A DNA stretch of 64,000 nt from Chara braunii (Eukaryota > Plantae > Charophyceae): contig BFEA01000016.1 in NCBI GenBank assembly GCA_003427395.1, positions 1,829,311 to 1,893,310 of the forward strand, given 5' to 3'. The notes below the pieces were generated by a model. The model saw nothing but the letters and a program-made list of their open reading frames with translations. It did no database searches and was not told the origin of the DNA. Shown here piece by piece: positions 1 through 12,116 of the stretch. Each line of letters opens with the position of its first letter. Positions within the stretch are counted from its first letter, which is position 1. The translations under genes and the position numbers were made by a program.

Positions 1-1793
1 GTGCCCCAGGCCTAGCGTCCACCCGCTTGTCACCCACCCATTTGGGAGACCCTGGCCTAACATTGACCCGCCCGTCACCCACCCAGGCTTGCTCGCCTTG
101 ACCCACCCTCATCCTACCCATGCCAGCTTATCAAGACCCACACCTGACCCAATGCCTCGTGGGTGGGGTGGGTGCGGGTGGGTGTGGGTCTGGGTATCCG
201 TTGCTCATCTCTGTTCTGGAGTCCCCGTGGCCACACAAAACAGAAGTTGGGTTCTTTCCTCTCGCTGAACAATGCACTTCCTCTTGCTGAACAATGCACG
301 GGTGCAGAATAGAGAGCTGCTACACTCCTGCACAGCTCCCAATGCAAAAGCCTGCAAAGAGATAATGCGATTCCATTGCAACTCAAATGAAAGAGATTGG
401 AAGAAGAAGCGAGACAAGGGAGGAANNNNNNNNNNNNNNNNNNNNNNNNNNNNNNNNNNNNNNNNNNNNNNNNNNNNNNNNNNNNNNNNNNNNNNNNNNN
501 NNNNNNNNNNNNNNNNNNNNNNNNNNNNNNNNNNNNNNNNNNNNNNNNNNNNNNNNNNNNNNNNNNNNNNNNNNNNNNNNNNNNNNNNNNNNNNNNNNNN
601 NNNNNNNNNNNNNNNNNNNNNNNNNNNNNNNNNNNNNNNNNNNNNNNNNNNNNNNNNNNNNNNNNNNNNNNNNNNNNNNNNNNNNNNNNNNNNNNNNNNN
701 NNNNNNNNNNNNNNNNNNNNNNNNNNNNNNNNNNNNNNNNNNNNNNNNNNNNNNNNNNNNNNNNNNNNNNNNNNNNNNNNNNNNNNNNNNNNNNNNNNNN
801 NNNNNNNNNNNNNNNNNNNNNNNNNNNNNNNNNNNNNNNNNNNNNNNNNNNNNNNNNNNNNNNNNNNNNNNNNNNNNNNNNNNNNNNNNNNNNNNNNNNN
901 NNNNNNNNNNNNNNNNNNNNNNNNNNNNNNNNNNNNNNNNNNNNNNNNNNNNNNNNNNNNNNNNNNNNNNNNNNNNNNNNNNNNNNNNNNNNNNNNNNNN
1001 NNNNNNNNNNNNNNNNNNNNNNNNNNNNNNNNNNNNNNNNNNNNNNNNNNNNNNNNNNNNNNNNNNNNNNNNNNNNNNNNNNNNNNNNNNNNNNNNNNNN
1101 NNNNNNNNNNNNNNNNNNNNNNNNNNNNNNNNNNNNNNNNNNNNNNNNNNNNNNNNNNNNNNNNNNNNNNNNNNNNNNNNNNNNNNNNNNNNNNNNNNNN
1201 NNNNNNNNNNNNNNNNNNNNNNNNNNNNNNNNNNNNNNNNNNNNNNNNNNNNNNNNNNNNNNNNNNNNNNNNNNNNNNNNNNNNNNNNNNNNNNNNNNNN
1301 NNNNNNNNNNNNNNNNNNNNNNNNNCCATAGCTTGGCTCACCTTTACAGCCTAGGTCTACCTCTACCTCCTTCCGACTGCAACTCCATAGCCATGGAGGT
1401 CTTCACCATCCACCGTCCAGGTCCACCTTGTCCTCGAAGTGCTCCAACTTCCCCCTCCGGGTGGAGCAGCATAGTGCCCACTTGTAGAATGAACCGAAGA
1501 GAGCTTCTCTGACCTCGTGCACTGAATGATACACACTCTTTTCTTACCCGAGCTGCGTTAACTTTTGGCCGAATTTCACTGTAACTCGGCCTCCCCGTGG
1601 TGCTCTGGACCTATTGGAAGTTTCCTGCCTTTTGGCAGGAACGTGATTGCAGTCTGCAGCTACCCTCAGGGCCTCAATCCAACCTAATTTTCTGTCTATA
1701 CACAGGCGCTGGACCTTTGTGTTTTTGAGAGCTACTGGACCTACCTCGGCCTACCCGAGTTGTTCAAAAAGGCCTACTGGGTTCACAGTGACA

Positions 1794-3100
1794 TAGCCCC
1801 TAGACGTTCGGAGGACCTGCAACAGAGGTCTAGAGAAACATACCAGAAAGACCCCAAGATGCTCCTAGTGAAGTAATTAGAAGAATAAATGAAGAACAGG
1901 CCCGAAGATGATCCGGGGTATAGGCTAACAGGCCCAAAGATGTTCTTGGGTATAGGCTAACAGGCCCGAAGATGTTCCAGGGTATAGGATAACTGACGAA
2001 TTGCTATTTCTGACAATGCGGCATGAATAGACTGTATGCCCCGAACGATGAACAGATCCTTGGCACTATTCGAGGAGAATGCCATGATGTAAATGGACCC
2101 TTTGGCTGGCAGAAAACCTTATGCGAATCTGCCATGTTCATTCTTGTGGTCAGGCACGAAGTCTGACTGTATCAGGTACATTGGGGGATGTGAAGTATGT
2201 CAAAGAAACAAGAGCGCCACTCGAGCACCACTCAAGCACCACTCGAGCACCACTCAAGCACCGCTCAAGCACCACTCAAGCACCACTCAAGCATCACGCA
2301 AGCACCTTCAAGCCTATTCGGACTACTCCCTAGGAGAGTCATAATGGACTTCGTGGACACCAGAGCTGAAGAGCAGAGGGAGAAACAACCAAGTATTGGT
2401 AGCGAGTATGCTGAGCTCATCCCTTTGCCTGCAGAAGCGAAAACAGAGTTGGTCATTGAGAAGTTGATTGCTCATTGGGTAAGGATAACGGTAAATGTAG
2501 TTAGTGACAGAGACATCAGGGTCACTTGTGAAACCTGGCGGAAACTGATGAAGGCACGTGGATCAGAGCTGACCATGTCATCCGGCAGACACCCTGAGAC
2601 AAGCGGTCAGGCTGCTACAACAGGCATTCCCCATGTACATCAGACCAGATGAGATTGATTGCGATACAAAGCTACCTAGGGTAGCAAGTGCCTATAAGTA
2701 ACTCAGTGCATCTATCAACAGCCAGAACACCTTCTGAACTGCACAAGGGGTGGAGACCGCACAAGACGCATAGCCCCCATAGACTGTCTAAACCCGGACC
2801 AAATAAAATGACAGCTACCTGGATCACACGAATTTGCACTGGTGTATGCAAAAGATATAAAAAGAGTAGCAGACAACCAGGCCAGCATGCATCGGAGACC
2901 ATCACAGTTTGCTGTTGGTGACGTGGTCTGGGTTAAGTCTAAAGAGTTTTTACCTGAAGCTACCCGCATACTGTGCACCCTGGAAAGTGTTAGACATACT
3001 AGGGACCGATGTCGGACCGTCATATATCATTGACACGCCTCCACTCTCAGGGACCTATCTGGTTTTCCATACTTCGAATTTACAGCCTTGTGGGTCTTAA
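1794..3100 (+). pseudogene. Decayed Ty3/gypsy pol fragment (RNase H-integrase linker, integrase Zn finger, core, GPY/F region)
   Basis: Broken frames give GECHDVNGPFGWQKTL, DCIRYIGGCEVCQRNK (HHCC zinc finger), VVSDRD...LTMSSGRHPETSGQ (integrase core), QFAVGDVVWVK and VFHTSNLQP. Homologous to the pol end at 13400-13700 (ILGECHDTEGHFGWQKTL). Confidence 0.85.
2212..2312 (+). repeat. 11-bp minisatellite (CACCACTCAAG) x ~9 inside the dead integrase
   Basis: Directly visible tandem units with variants. Confidence 0.9.
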
Positions 3101-5357
3101 CCTGGTAACTAGTAACTACATCTGAGCCTGAACCGACAGGGACTTATCCGTAAATTCCCTGAACTACAGGGAAAAAGGGTAACTACATCTAACCATAAAC
3201 TCGTTTTTGGCCGACACCGACTGCTGCACAATTCTGCCTCAGACTGACCCATGACTGTTGGGATGTTAGGTCCTAGGTGAGTCCACTCCGGCAGGTTACC
3301 CACACACGACTGACAGGTGAACTCTCTTTGGTTAGCTCTCTTTGTTTGGCAATGGCGATACTTGTGGATGCTGCCGGGCGGCTGGAGCAGCGACCTATCT
3401 GGGAAAGCTGCTGCTGTGTTTTGGAGTGCCATCTGGGGTTTAATCGACCAGTCCGGGTGTTTGGATAGGGCAGTGAAGACTGTGCTTGACCGCTGGATGG
3501 CGACAACCATATCTGTGCTATTCGGGTTAGGCACTGCCATAACCTCTTCTTCAAGCTGGAGGTCCCTCCTTCATCCTGGGACTGGGGCTGTGTCTTCTGA
3601 GTGGGTTCTGAGGTGGCGCTGATGGGCCCCAGAAGGCTGTGCATGGAATTCTGAACGGGGGCCATAGCCATACAGGCTGGCAGTGATGCGTGTGATGTTG
3701 TGAGGATGGAGGAGGAAGGAGGCTTGGTGGTGTTGCATGTTTGTTCGAGGCAGTTTACTTGGTTGTGATTCTTTGCTACTTTGTGGATTCTGATTGGACT
3801 TGGAGAGCTGGCGAGAGATTGTGAATTGTTCATGTTCAATTCTTCTTGGGTTGGTGGTTCTGATGTGTATATTTCTCTCCGGTTTGGAGTGTATCTCTCT
3901 ACATATCAGTTTTGTACTCTTTCTTGACAGGGCGGAGAGGCCCGGCGACATGGGCGCACCTCACTCTCTCACCCTTTGCGCTCTTTGTCTGGTGTTATTC
4001 TGCTGAGGGGCTTTGTTTTGCACCTGCTGATTTGTGTGTTCTGAGCGATGTGAAGGATGTGCTGTTGTGCTGTGTAGTGTTTGTGCATCCTTTTCCCTAG
4101 CATATTTCGGAGAACCGGAAAACTCAAGTCGCATAATAGTATAATAAAATACGGTAAATTCGCTGCCTAACAACCAATTCAGGTGCCAACCAGCCTTACA
4201 TTTGTGGCCGTACACGAGCAGGCCGCGGAAGGTCGCATGGGCCTACTAGAATCGAGGGGGATACCCAGGGGTGCACAATGTTTTGAGTGCCCCGAGGGGC
4301 GTACCCAGGGGTGCATAAAATCTATCGCTGTTTATAAAAGAATCCGAAAAGTCGGGGAGGTAGGGCAGGTTCTGCTGTATCAGTGAGGTATATTAGAAAA
4401 CTCAGGTAACACAGTTTTGGCACCGAAAAAGAATTAGGTGTAAACCAAATGTCGACTCGATAGGCCTGACCTTTGAGGCCGTGCAGGGCTGGTCGCGTTT
4501 TGTTAATGCTGAAATTGTCGTCTGCTTGATTGGACAGTGTGTGAGTGAGGTAGTTGTTGATTAGTGGGGTGATTTCTAGGGCTTTCAGATGGTGTTGCAA
4601 ACGTGTGGTTGTTCGCCATGGTTGATGGGCCGGATGGTGGACAGAAAGCCATGCAGGTGGGCCGGTGGGGGATTGAATGTTCCAGGTGCACCTTGGTGGG
4701 CGCGTCAGCAGGCAGACGGGGAGGCACACCAGCGGCCAGAGGCATGGCACAGCGGCACTCAGGTGTGCTTCTCGGCAGGTAGGCTGGTATATGGATAGGC
4801 AGGTGCACTGGTGGACCACCGTGTAATGTATGGGAGGGCATGTGGGTGTGGCTTCACGGTGTGGGTGAGCATACGTGGATGGCCAGACAGATGGGTCTGC
4901 GTGTTAGTGGGTGGATCGGCCGACAGATGGGTGGTGCCTTGGCAGGGGGACCAGCAGATGCACCAGTGAGTGGATGGGCTGGGCAGACAGTTGAGTGCAC
5001 CTGCGAGCGAACTCTAGGGATCCAATTGCTGCGATTGATTGCTTGATTGCTTGATTGGCTGATTGAAGGATGTGATGTGATGTGATGTGATGTGATGGGA
5101 TGGGATTTATTTATTGATTCTCTTTTTTTCCTCCTCCATGCAGGTGCAGGGGGCCTTGGAGGTGGCAATATCCCAAAGAGGAGCCGGATGGTGATAGGGT
5201 GGTGGAGAGGGGGGTGAGGTGATGGAGGTCAGAGGGGGGCGCGAACGTTTGGCACAAAGGGATGGAACCGTCAGGGAGGGAGAGGGTTGTCGCTGATCAT
5301 GCCAAGGGAAGCCTCGAAGAGAACCCGACAGAGTTTCTCAGCTTGAGCAGCGCAAAA

Positions 5358-5748
5358 GCATCTGTCTGTAGTGGGCAGCTCCTGTTCGTTCTTGTTGTAC
5401 CCGCAAGGTTGAGATTGCATACCGATGCCTTTGCGTAATGGTACGGGAGAGCAAGCAGGAAGGTAACAACCATGAATGGGAAGAGCGTGTGGAGGGAAAC
5501 CCACTGATTGTGTATATGATGTTGGCCTTATTATTGGTGGAACAGTCAGGAGCATCTGTGTGTAGTGGGCAGCTCCTCTTCGTTCTTGTTGCACCCACTA
5601 GGTTGAGATTGCATGCTGATGCCTTTGCATAATGGTACGGGAGAGCAAGCAAGAAATCAACAGCCATGAATGGGAAGAGTGTGTGGAGGTAAACCCACTG
5701 ATTGCGTGTATGATGTTGGCCTTGCCATGGGTGGAACAGCCAGCAGCA
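5358..5748. repeat. Tandem duplication, two ~195-bp units
   Basis: catctgt(c/g)tgtagtgggcagctcct...ggtggaacag occurs at ~5358 and ~5553. Confidence 0.85.
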
Positions 5749-6485
5749 TCAACCAGTTGGTGACATGAGTGGTAACAGTTGGAGCATCACCAGAATCATT
5801 TGAGAGCGGCCCCTTTCCCCATGCATTTGGTCCTCGGCCTTCTTGGCCATGCTCGTTCCAGTCCTTTTGCTGACAATGTTGACCTGCCGTTTCACCCGCC
5901 TATGTGGTGCCGGTCTCCTCAGGTGATGGCAATTTAAGGGCTCCCATTGATCAGTAGTAGCAGCGAATGGTGGAGTGAAGGGATACCCTTTCCACTGCTT
6001 CCCACCTGTGTGTCATCAATTGATTGATTAGTGCACATTGGGCATGTTTCATGTATCCGCTGCTGGTCTGCCCTTGTCGTGTGCCATCAGGCGACATCCT
6101 GTCGTGTCACCACCTCTCTCAACGCCACCTCTCTTTCAGTCTTTGGCCTTTTCCGCTTCTGGTGCATGCCTAAAGGAGCAGATAGAAAATCCTTAGTGCC
6201 CTTGATTCACTCTCTCCCTTCTCTTTGATCTCCTTCTGCACTGAGTAAAAGTGCTATATCACAATTTGCGGATGAGTGCTGTCCAGGAGGCCGCCCTTTC
6301 TTCTCTGCCCACAATGCTATAACTAACAGCTTCAGGTGTCTGAGCGTGGCGAGTTCTTCACCTTCACCTCCCGCCTCCGTCTGCCGAGCATCGCATGTCG
6401 AGTCCTGTTTTTCCTTTCAGGCGTGTGGACATTTTTGCCAAGCTTTCTGTGTGTCCTCTTATAACTCAACACATTTGATAGGGTG

Positions 6486-7556
6486 ATGGCTTGCTTGGGA
6501 ACGGTCTTCAGTCTGACGGGCCTCATCGAGACCCGTTATGCGAACCTGTGCCGGTCATGTGGACTAGAGTCCCACCTGGTAGCACTTGATGACGATACTA
6601 CCATGCATTGCTGGGCACCCAGGGAACGGTTTGCAGATGACCCAAGACCAGCACTGCAGGCGGGGGATGCTCCAGTAGCAGCGGAGGGAGGAGCAGGAGG
6701 ACTGCTGGGGGAAGGTGGGGAACGTCTGAGGGTGCACTCACAAACGTTGAAGACAGTGGCAACATATAAGAAGAAGAGTAAGGGAGGTGGGTTCCCTCTT
6801 GTTCTCATCCACGGTTTTGGAGCAACTGCTCTTTTCCAGTGGCCCGAGCAGGTGAAAGAGCTCTCTTCCGTCTTTGATCTATATGTGCCAGACCTCCTTT
6901 TCTTTGGGAAATCGACAACGAGGAGACCCGAGCGTTCAGAGACGTTTCAGGCAGAGTGTCTCCTGAAACTTCTCACAAAACTCTCTGTTGGTCAGTTCAA
7001 CATTGTAGGTCTTAGTTATGGCGGTTTTGTTGCTTTCCGTATGGCAGCACTCGAGCCTGATCGTGTGAAGAAGGTGGTGGTGACAGACTGCCCTGGGGCG
7101 GTGATGACAAAGGACGATTACCAAGAGTTGTTGAAAAGATGCGGCGTCAAAAACATCACAGATCTCTTACTTCCTAAGAGGCCGAAGGATCTGAGACGCC
7201 TCTTAGAGCTCGCCTATCACCGTCCAAGGTGGTTGCCCGTCTGCGTGCTGATGGACGCTTATCATGCGCTATTCACCGACATGGTGGACGAGAAAAGGGA
7301 GCTCTTGCAAGCTGTCATGACCTATCTAGATGACCCACCTGTAAAAGATTTGGAAGGTCTGTCGCAGCAGTTCTTGATAGTTTGGGGTGAGAGGGATGTG
7401 GTGTTTCCAGTGGAATTGGCCACGAGACTAGCCCAGTCTTTGGGGTCGACAAGGGCAAGGATAGCAATTCTGGAGGACAGCGGGCATGTTCCCCAGCTAG
7501 AACACCCTAAGGAATATAATCAGCTTCTGAAGAATTTTCTCCTTGCACAAGAATAG
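6486..7556 (+). CDS. Alpha/beta-fold hydrolase (plant lipase/esterase-like), single coding exon
   Basis: 356-codon ORF from ATG 6486. Motifs: LVLIHGFG oxyanion region, YVPDLLFFGKS, nucleophile elbow GLSYGG, acid in IVWGERD, catalytic His in SGHVPQLEHP. Candidate 5'UTR acceptor ttttcctttcag ends at 6420. Confidence 0.9.
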   Translation: MACLGTVFSLTGLIETRYANLCRSCGLESHLVALDDDTTMHCWAPRERFADDPRPALQAGDAPVAAEGGAGGLLGEGGERLRVHSQTLKTVATYKKKSKGGGFPLVLIHGFGATALFQWPEQVKELSSVFDLYVPDLLFFGKSTTRRPERSETFQAECLLKLLTKLSVGQFNIVGLSYGGFVAFRMAALEPDRVKKVVVTDCPGAVMTKDDYQELLKRCGVKNITDLLLPKRPKDLRRLLELAYHRPRWLPVCVLMDAYHALFTDMVDEKRELLQAVMTYLDDPPVKDLEGLSQQFLIVWGERDVVFPVELATRLAQSLGSTRARIAILEDSGHVPQLEHPKEYNQLLKNFLLAQE

Positions 7557-7822
7557 CAATAGGTAGAGTGTTCACGACAACTGGTTTACGTAATTGGCAC
7601 GCTTCAAGAGATCTCCCGGTGTGTGTTAGTAAATCATTATTGTTTCAGTACCATAACACCCTAAGGAACATAATCAGTTTGTGAATAATTTTCTCCTTGC
7701 ACAAGAAGATAGCAGTAGCTTGTAGGTAGAGTATTCACGACAACTGGTTTACGTAATTGGCACGCTTCAGGAGATCTCCTGGTGTGCGTTAATAACTTAG
7801 TCATTACTGTTTCAGAACCATT
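7501..7822 (+). repeat. Tandem duplication of the hydrolase 3' CDS end plus 3'UTR (7501-7654 / 7655-7822)
   Basis: aacaccctaaggaa...ttctccttgcacaagaa...ttcacgacaactggtttacgtaattggcacgcttca...tgtttcag.accat occurs twice. Confidence 0.9.
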
Positions 7823-8715
7823 GACACTTTTGCGCCATTCCTCAGCCACTAACTACCGAGATGAACGAGGCAAGAGATGCTGCTGATGTGGCTGCTTGAT
7901 GTCATTATATTCTGAACGGCAGAGGGATCAGGGAAGACACTGAGGATGAGGGAGAAGAGGCTCCACTCACTGAGGTGATGCTTACACATATGTCTGTTGG
8001 TGCTAAGGAACTGTCAAACCGATTTATTGGACTGTGGATGAGAGGATGGCCGTGAGCTAGGCACGCGCTGATGACCCTGCTCGTCACACCACACCGTTTT
8101 TGCAAGTCGGTGGGTCGGAGGTTCTCAATCAGTAGGGGGAATGAGATGACAGAAAACGAAATGATGCTGCTGCGGATGTTTGCTAGTCCTTGTGGGTGCT
8201 CAAATTGGGAGGCCTGTGCATTGGGATGGGCAAAAACAGGTGATTGCTACAAGGTGAGTGTAACTCTGCTGCTGCTGCTGCTGCTTGCAACCACTGGTCA
8301 TCGCACTGACATTGCTGCTGGTGCTGGTGCTGCCAGTGCGAGTGTCAATTTGTGGGCCCCTTGATCTGGATTCGTTGAGAGAGAGAGGGAGTCTTGTTGT
8401 CTCTGATTAGTGTGATGCTCTGACTATCCGTAATCTATCAGTTTTTCCTTGATATTTAGTTTCAGTATGTGTCCGTGTGTTGCTCGGCATTGTGCAAGTC
8501 TCTGTTCATTGGAGCGAGCAGGCATTATTCATCAGTGAGTTGGAGGACAATTTATGCACTGATCTAACGACATCAGTTCATGATTTTGTGATCTCAAGCT
8601 ACTTCGGCAGACGTCGTTCGACACTTGTCCGGATGGTCCTTGTGCACATTATTGCTGGCCCTGTGGTTCTTATTGCCTTCCTCCCAAGGGCCCCAACACG
8701 TTTGCTGTGATATTC

Positions 8716-8775
8716 TCTTGTCTTGTCTTGTCTTGTCTTGTCTTGTCTTGTCTTGTCTTGTCTTGTCTTGTCTTG
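8716..8775. repeat. (TCTTG)n microsatellite
   Basis: About 12 perfect units. Confidence 0.95.
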
Positions 8776-8808
8776 ATTTATTATAGCCCCCGTCCTATTA
8801 ATCGTTTG

Positions 8809-8914
8809 TTTTTTTTTTGGGACCCTTTCTCGATTTATGTGTCATCCTTGCGCGGGGGCCATGCTAATATTCTTTCTTTGTATCATTCCAATTTTAACGG
8901 ATGTCTCGAAGAAC
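8809..8914 (-). pseudogene. U6: Processed U6 snRNA pseudogene with poly(A) tail and TSD
   Basis: The minus strand reads gacatccgttaaaattggaatgatacaaagaaagaatattagcatggcccccgcgcaaggatgacacataaatcgagaaagggtccc-A10, matching plant U6. The ACAGAGA box is mutated. Flanking direct repeats are ctattaatcgtttgt (8795-8809) and ctatcaatcgttgt (8917-8930). Confidence 0.9.
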
Positions 8915-9916
8915 ATCTATCAATCGTTGTTAGGGTATGATGAAACATCATTTCAGTCATTCCGGCTCCGCAGTGTGAAGGGTTGGAAGATTCTCCCCCC
9001 CCCCCCCCCATCTTTTTGGACTCTAACACAAGTAAACTCTGACGTACTGGTTGCGCACACGTATGTCATTGGCGGGTAGTGAATCTAGTAATGGCAAAGA
9101 ACCACCTGTGTTTTCTATCTCACGCCTGTCCAGATTATCCGATTCAGCTGGTGCTTAGGATGGCTGTGAGCTAAGGGCGCGCTGATGATCTGCCTGGCCA
9201 GATTATCTGATTCAACTGGTTTTGTGGTGATTGTGAGGTTGGCTTGATCTGTGCAGTTGGAAGAATAGTTGACCTTATAGAGTTGTTTTCGGGCGAAATG
9301 AAGTGTACCTTTGCCTTCTTTGCAACACTAACCATCTACCTTTAACCATCTGGCACAACCACATTCCTGAATCTCAAACAAAATATTTCTCGGGCCCGTC
9401 GATAGTTTCCATCTAGCTTTATCACCTATCGAAGCCATCTCTACCCTAACCATGTAGACTAATCATCCAATTTTAGTGTGCTGTTTAGGAGGGATTTTCT
9501 TTGAGGTGTGTTGGGTTCTATATGTGCAGTATCCCCCTTCATGCCCAATGTTTTCCTCCTGTTCTCTCCCCTAGCCTGTCCCGGCTGTCTAGTCTGTGGG
9601 CTGCAGACTGGGGTTTATTACCCAGTGCCTGCCTGGCTCGTGATGCTCTCAACTACATCTTTGTCGGCCAAGTGTGCTTGTGTCCTTTCTCTTTGCAGTT
9701 TTGCCGCTACAGTTGGCACCCTAAATGTTTTTGTAAATAACCTTTGCTGAGCAATGAACATGCTTGCTCGTCCTTACCAGTTCCCGAACGAACATAATTT
9801 TGCATATGCAGAGCCTCAAGTTGTTTTCTTAATGGTTTGCACTTTTTTGTACAGGATCTTGAGGCCCCTTTGGGTACTCGGATACTCTGCTGTCCTTTGT
9901 TTGTCTTGATACCTGT

Positions 9917-9969
<53 letters not shown>

Positions 9970-9970
<1 letters not shown>

Positions 9971-11583
9971 ACATGAGACGCGTGAGTACGACACGTCAGA
10001 CTCGCGCTGCTCCGACCAGCAACGTCAGCACACTGTGAGCAGCATGTGTGTGTCACATGAGTCGCGTGAGTACGACACGTCATACTCGCGCTGCTCCGAC
10101 CAGCAACGTCGGCACACTGTGAGCAAGGTGCAAGTTGCGGAGGTGATTCTCAACGAGGCAGGGTAAAACCATATTGTGTCCATTTGTGGTGCGGGTACTT
10201 GTTTAAAGGGCCGTAAAGTCGAAAGCAGCCAAATATGCGAAAGCAGTAAGACAAAGTGAGGGGGGTGGGTGGCACCTCCTCCTTTTCAGACAGACCAGAA
10301 CACACGCAATAACACCCCACAAACAAAACGGAGGGAAGAGGGGAAGGCAAAGGACAGTGACGCAAAGGGCAGGGAACTAACACCGTAGGATGACAAACCA
10401 CAACACGACACGTGAACTTAAGAGGCACGAGAGGAGGAACAAACAGCGAGGCAGCACCTAGGTTGAAAAGCATCGGGGAGGCACATGAACTTAAGAGGCA
10501 TGAAAAGAGGAACAAGCAGTGAAGCAGCACATAAGCTGAAACACATGGGGGAGGCAGGAGGGCATAAGTACAAGTATAAAAAAACAGCAAAGCGGCCAGA
10601 AGAATAGAAAACAGCAAAGGACAGGCTGGAGGGTAGAGGGAAGGAGGGTGGGCAGACAAACAACACAAGGCAGGAAACAAAGACCGAAAAAAATAAAATA
10701 AAAATTGATGATGATAGATTGTTTCGTCGGAGTTGCACCGACTCATCAGGAGGCTGAACCTTCAACAATCTGCCGAATCTCGGTATTTGATGGTTTGGGT
10801 CATGATCCCTTTGACCCTTGTTGAAGGCAGACTGTCCCAAGTGGAACATAGCTGCGGGCAGCAACCCTGTGGAGCACCAGGCAACACAGTAGAGGCAACA
10901 TGGCTGCACAACGCCAAAAACGACTGCAAGGAACGGCATGGCACGCACGACATGCAGCGCGGCAACCATGTAGTGAAGCACAAGGCAACACAAGCAGGGC
11001 AGCCACACTGCAAGGGACGGCAGGGCAAGTGGACCAGCAGCTCGACAACCGTGGAGCAGAGCACAAGGCACCAGCACCAAGGCAACCAACCTACAGGGCA
11101 CAAAAGCAGCAAACACAGAAGGCACGACCAGTGGATGAGCAGCACAGCAGCGAAGCAGCGAAGCGCAAGGCAACACCAACAACATGGCCATACCATGCAG
11201 CGAACACAGCAATTCGCAAAGAGCCACACGCGAAGCAAGCGGGACAGGCAGCAGGGCAGCGGCGGAGCGCAGACGAGGACGTCCACACATCCAACACGAA
11301 GCAAAGCAGCACATGAGCTACTCACATCACGGTTGAACCCCGCAGACTGTCGATTCCCACCACCCACTGAGCCAGGGAGTCACTCCGACGAACATCCTCC
11401 ATCACGACAGCCAATACAAACAACCCGAACCGAGCGGCCCCCATAAGAGTGCAGTAGGCACTCCAAACGAGGAACCACCGACTGTTTGGCACTACTTAAG
11501 GGTGTTCAGTTGAGCATATAGAAATACATGGAAAAAATCAAGGGAGGACATACAACAGACGGAAGACTGACAAACATAAAACT

Positions 11584-11586
<3 letters not shown>
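9970..11586 (-). mobile_element. Non-coding hammerhead-bearing repeat, copy 1, embedded in (GT)n
   Basis: Bounded by (GT)n at ~9919-9969 and 11587-11640. About 10620-11586 aligns with 20225-21046 plus 22248-22306. Contains a hammerhead. No credible ORF. Confidence 0.8.
10716..10771 (-). ncRNA. Type III hammerhead ribozyme (copy 1)
   Basis: AGAUUGU-U / GAAG-GUUCAG-CCUC / CUGAUGA / GUCGG-UGCAACU-CCGAC / GAA / ACAAUCU. Core, stem II and stem III are perfect; GUU triplet; one stem I mismatch. Confidence 0.9.
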
Positions 11587-11638
<52 letters not shown>

Positions 11639-11680
11639 TGTGTTTATTGAGACATAAGACCACCGCGATGCAAGTCGCGG

Positions 11681-12116
11681 TGTCGAGCGCATCGGCTCCC
11701 GCCTTTTTCCGCAAAGGCGAGAGCCCTCCCGGCCATGTCACGCAGGAGTAAAACAAAACAAAATCAGAGACAACTTAGGAACGACGCATAATAACCACGC
11801 GAACTGCCGAGACGGTCGCAGTCGCAACGTCCCTTCGCCGCTCTAGCCGGGTGCGCCAGCTGTACATCCCGCAGTCCCCTACGACAGGATAGGTTCCCGC
11901 GGGGCCTAAGCTTTCCTTGGGGACCGCGGGATGTATAGCTGGCACACCCGGCTAGAGCGGCGAAGGAACGATGCAACTGCGTCCGTTTCGGCCGCTCACG
12001 GAATGCTATATGTCGTCCCTAAGTTGTCTCTGTTTTTTTCGAGTGTTTTACTCCTGCGTGACATGGGCGGGAGGGCTCTCGCCTTGTGAAAAAGGCGGGA
12101 GCCGATGCGCTCGACA
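11681..12116. mobile_element. Foldback/MITE-like element with ~200-bp inverted arms
   Basis: tgtcgagcgcatcggctcccgccttttt...cccgcagtcccc (11681-~11879) is the reverse complement of ggggaccgcggg...aaaaggcgggagccgatgcgctcgaca (~11919-12116), with a ~40-nt spacer. Confidence 0.85.

Noticed and set aside
205-1512. Long ORFs spanning N gaps (also at 17 kb, 25.5 kb, 36.9 kb, 48.3 kb and 60.4 kb)
   Set aside because: Artefacts of translating Ns.
10150-11446. Overlapping 200-300 aa ORFs in the ribozyme element
   Set aside because: Low-complexity Cys/Leu or Gln/His products of CAG/CAA-rich DNA, with frames not conserved in copy 2.
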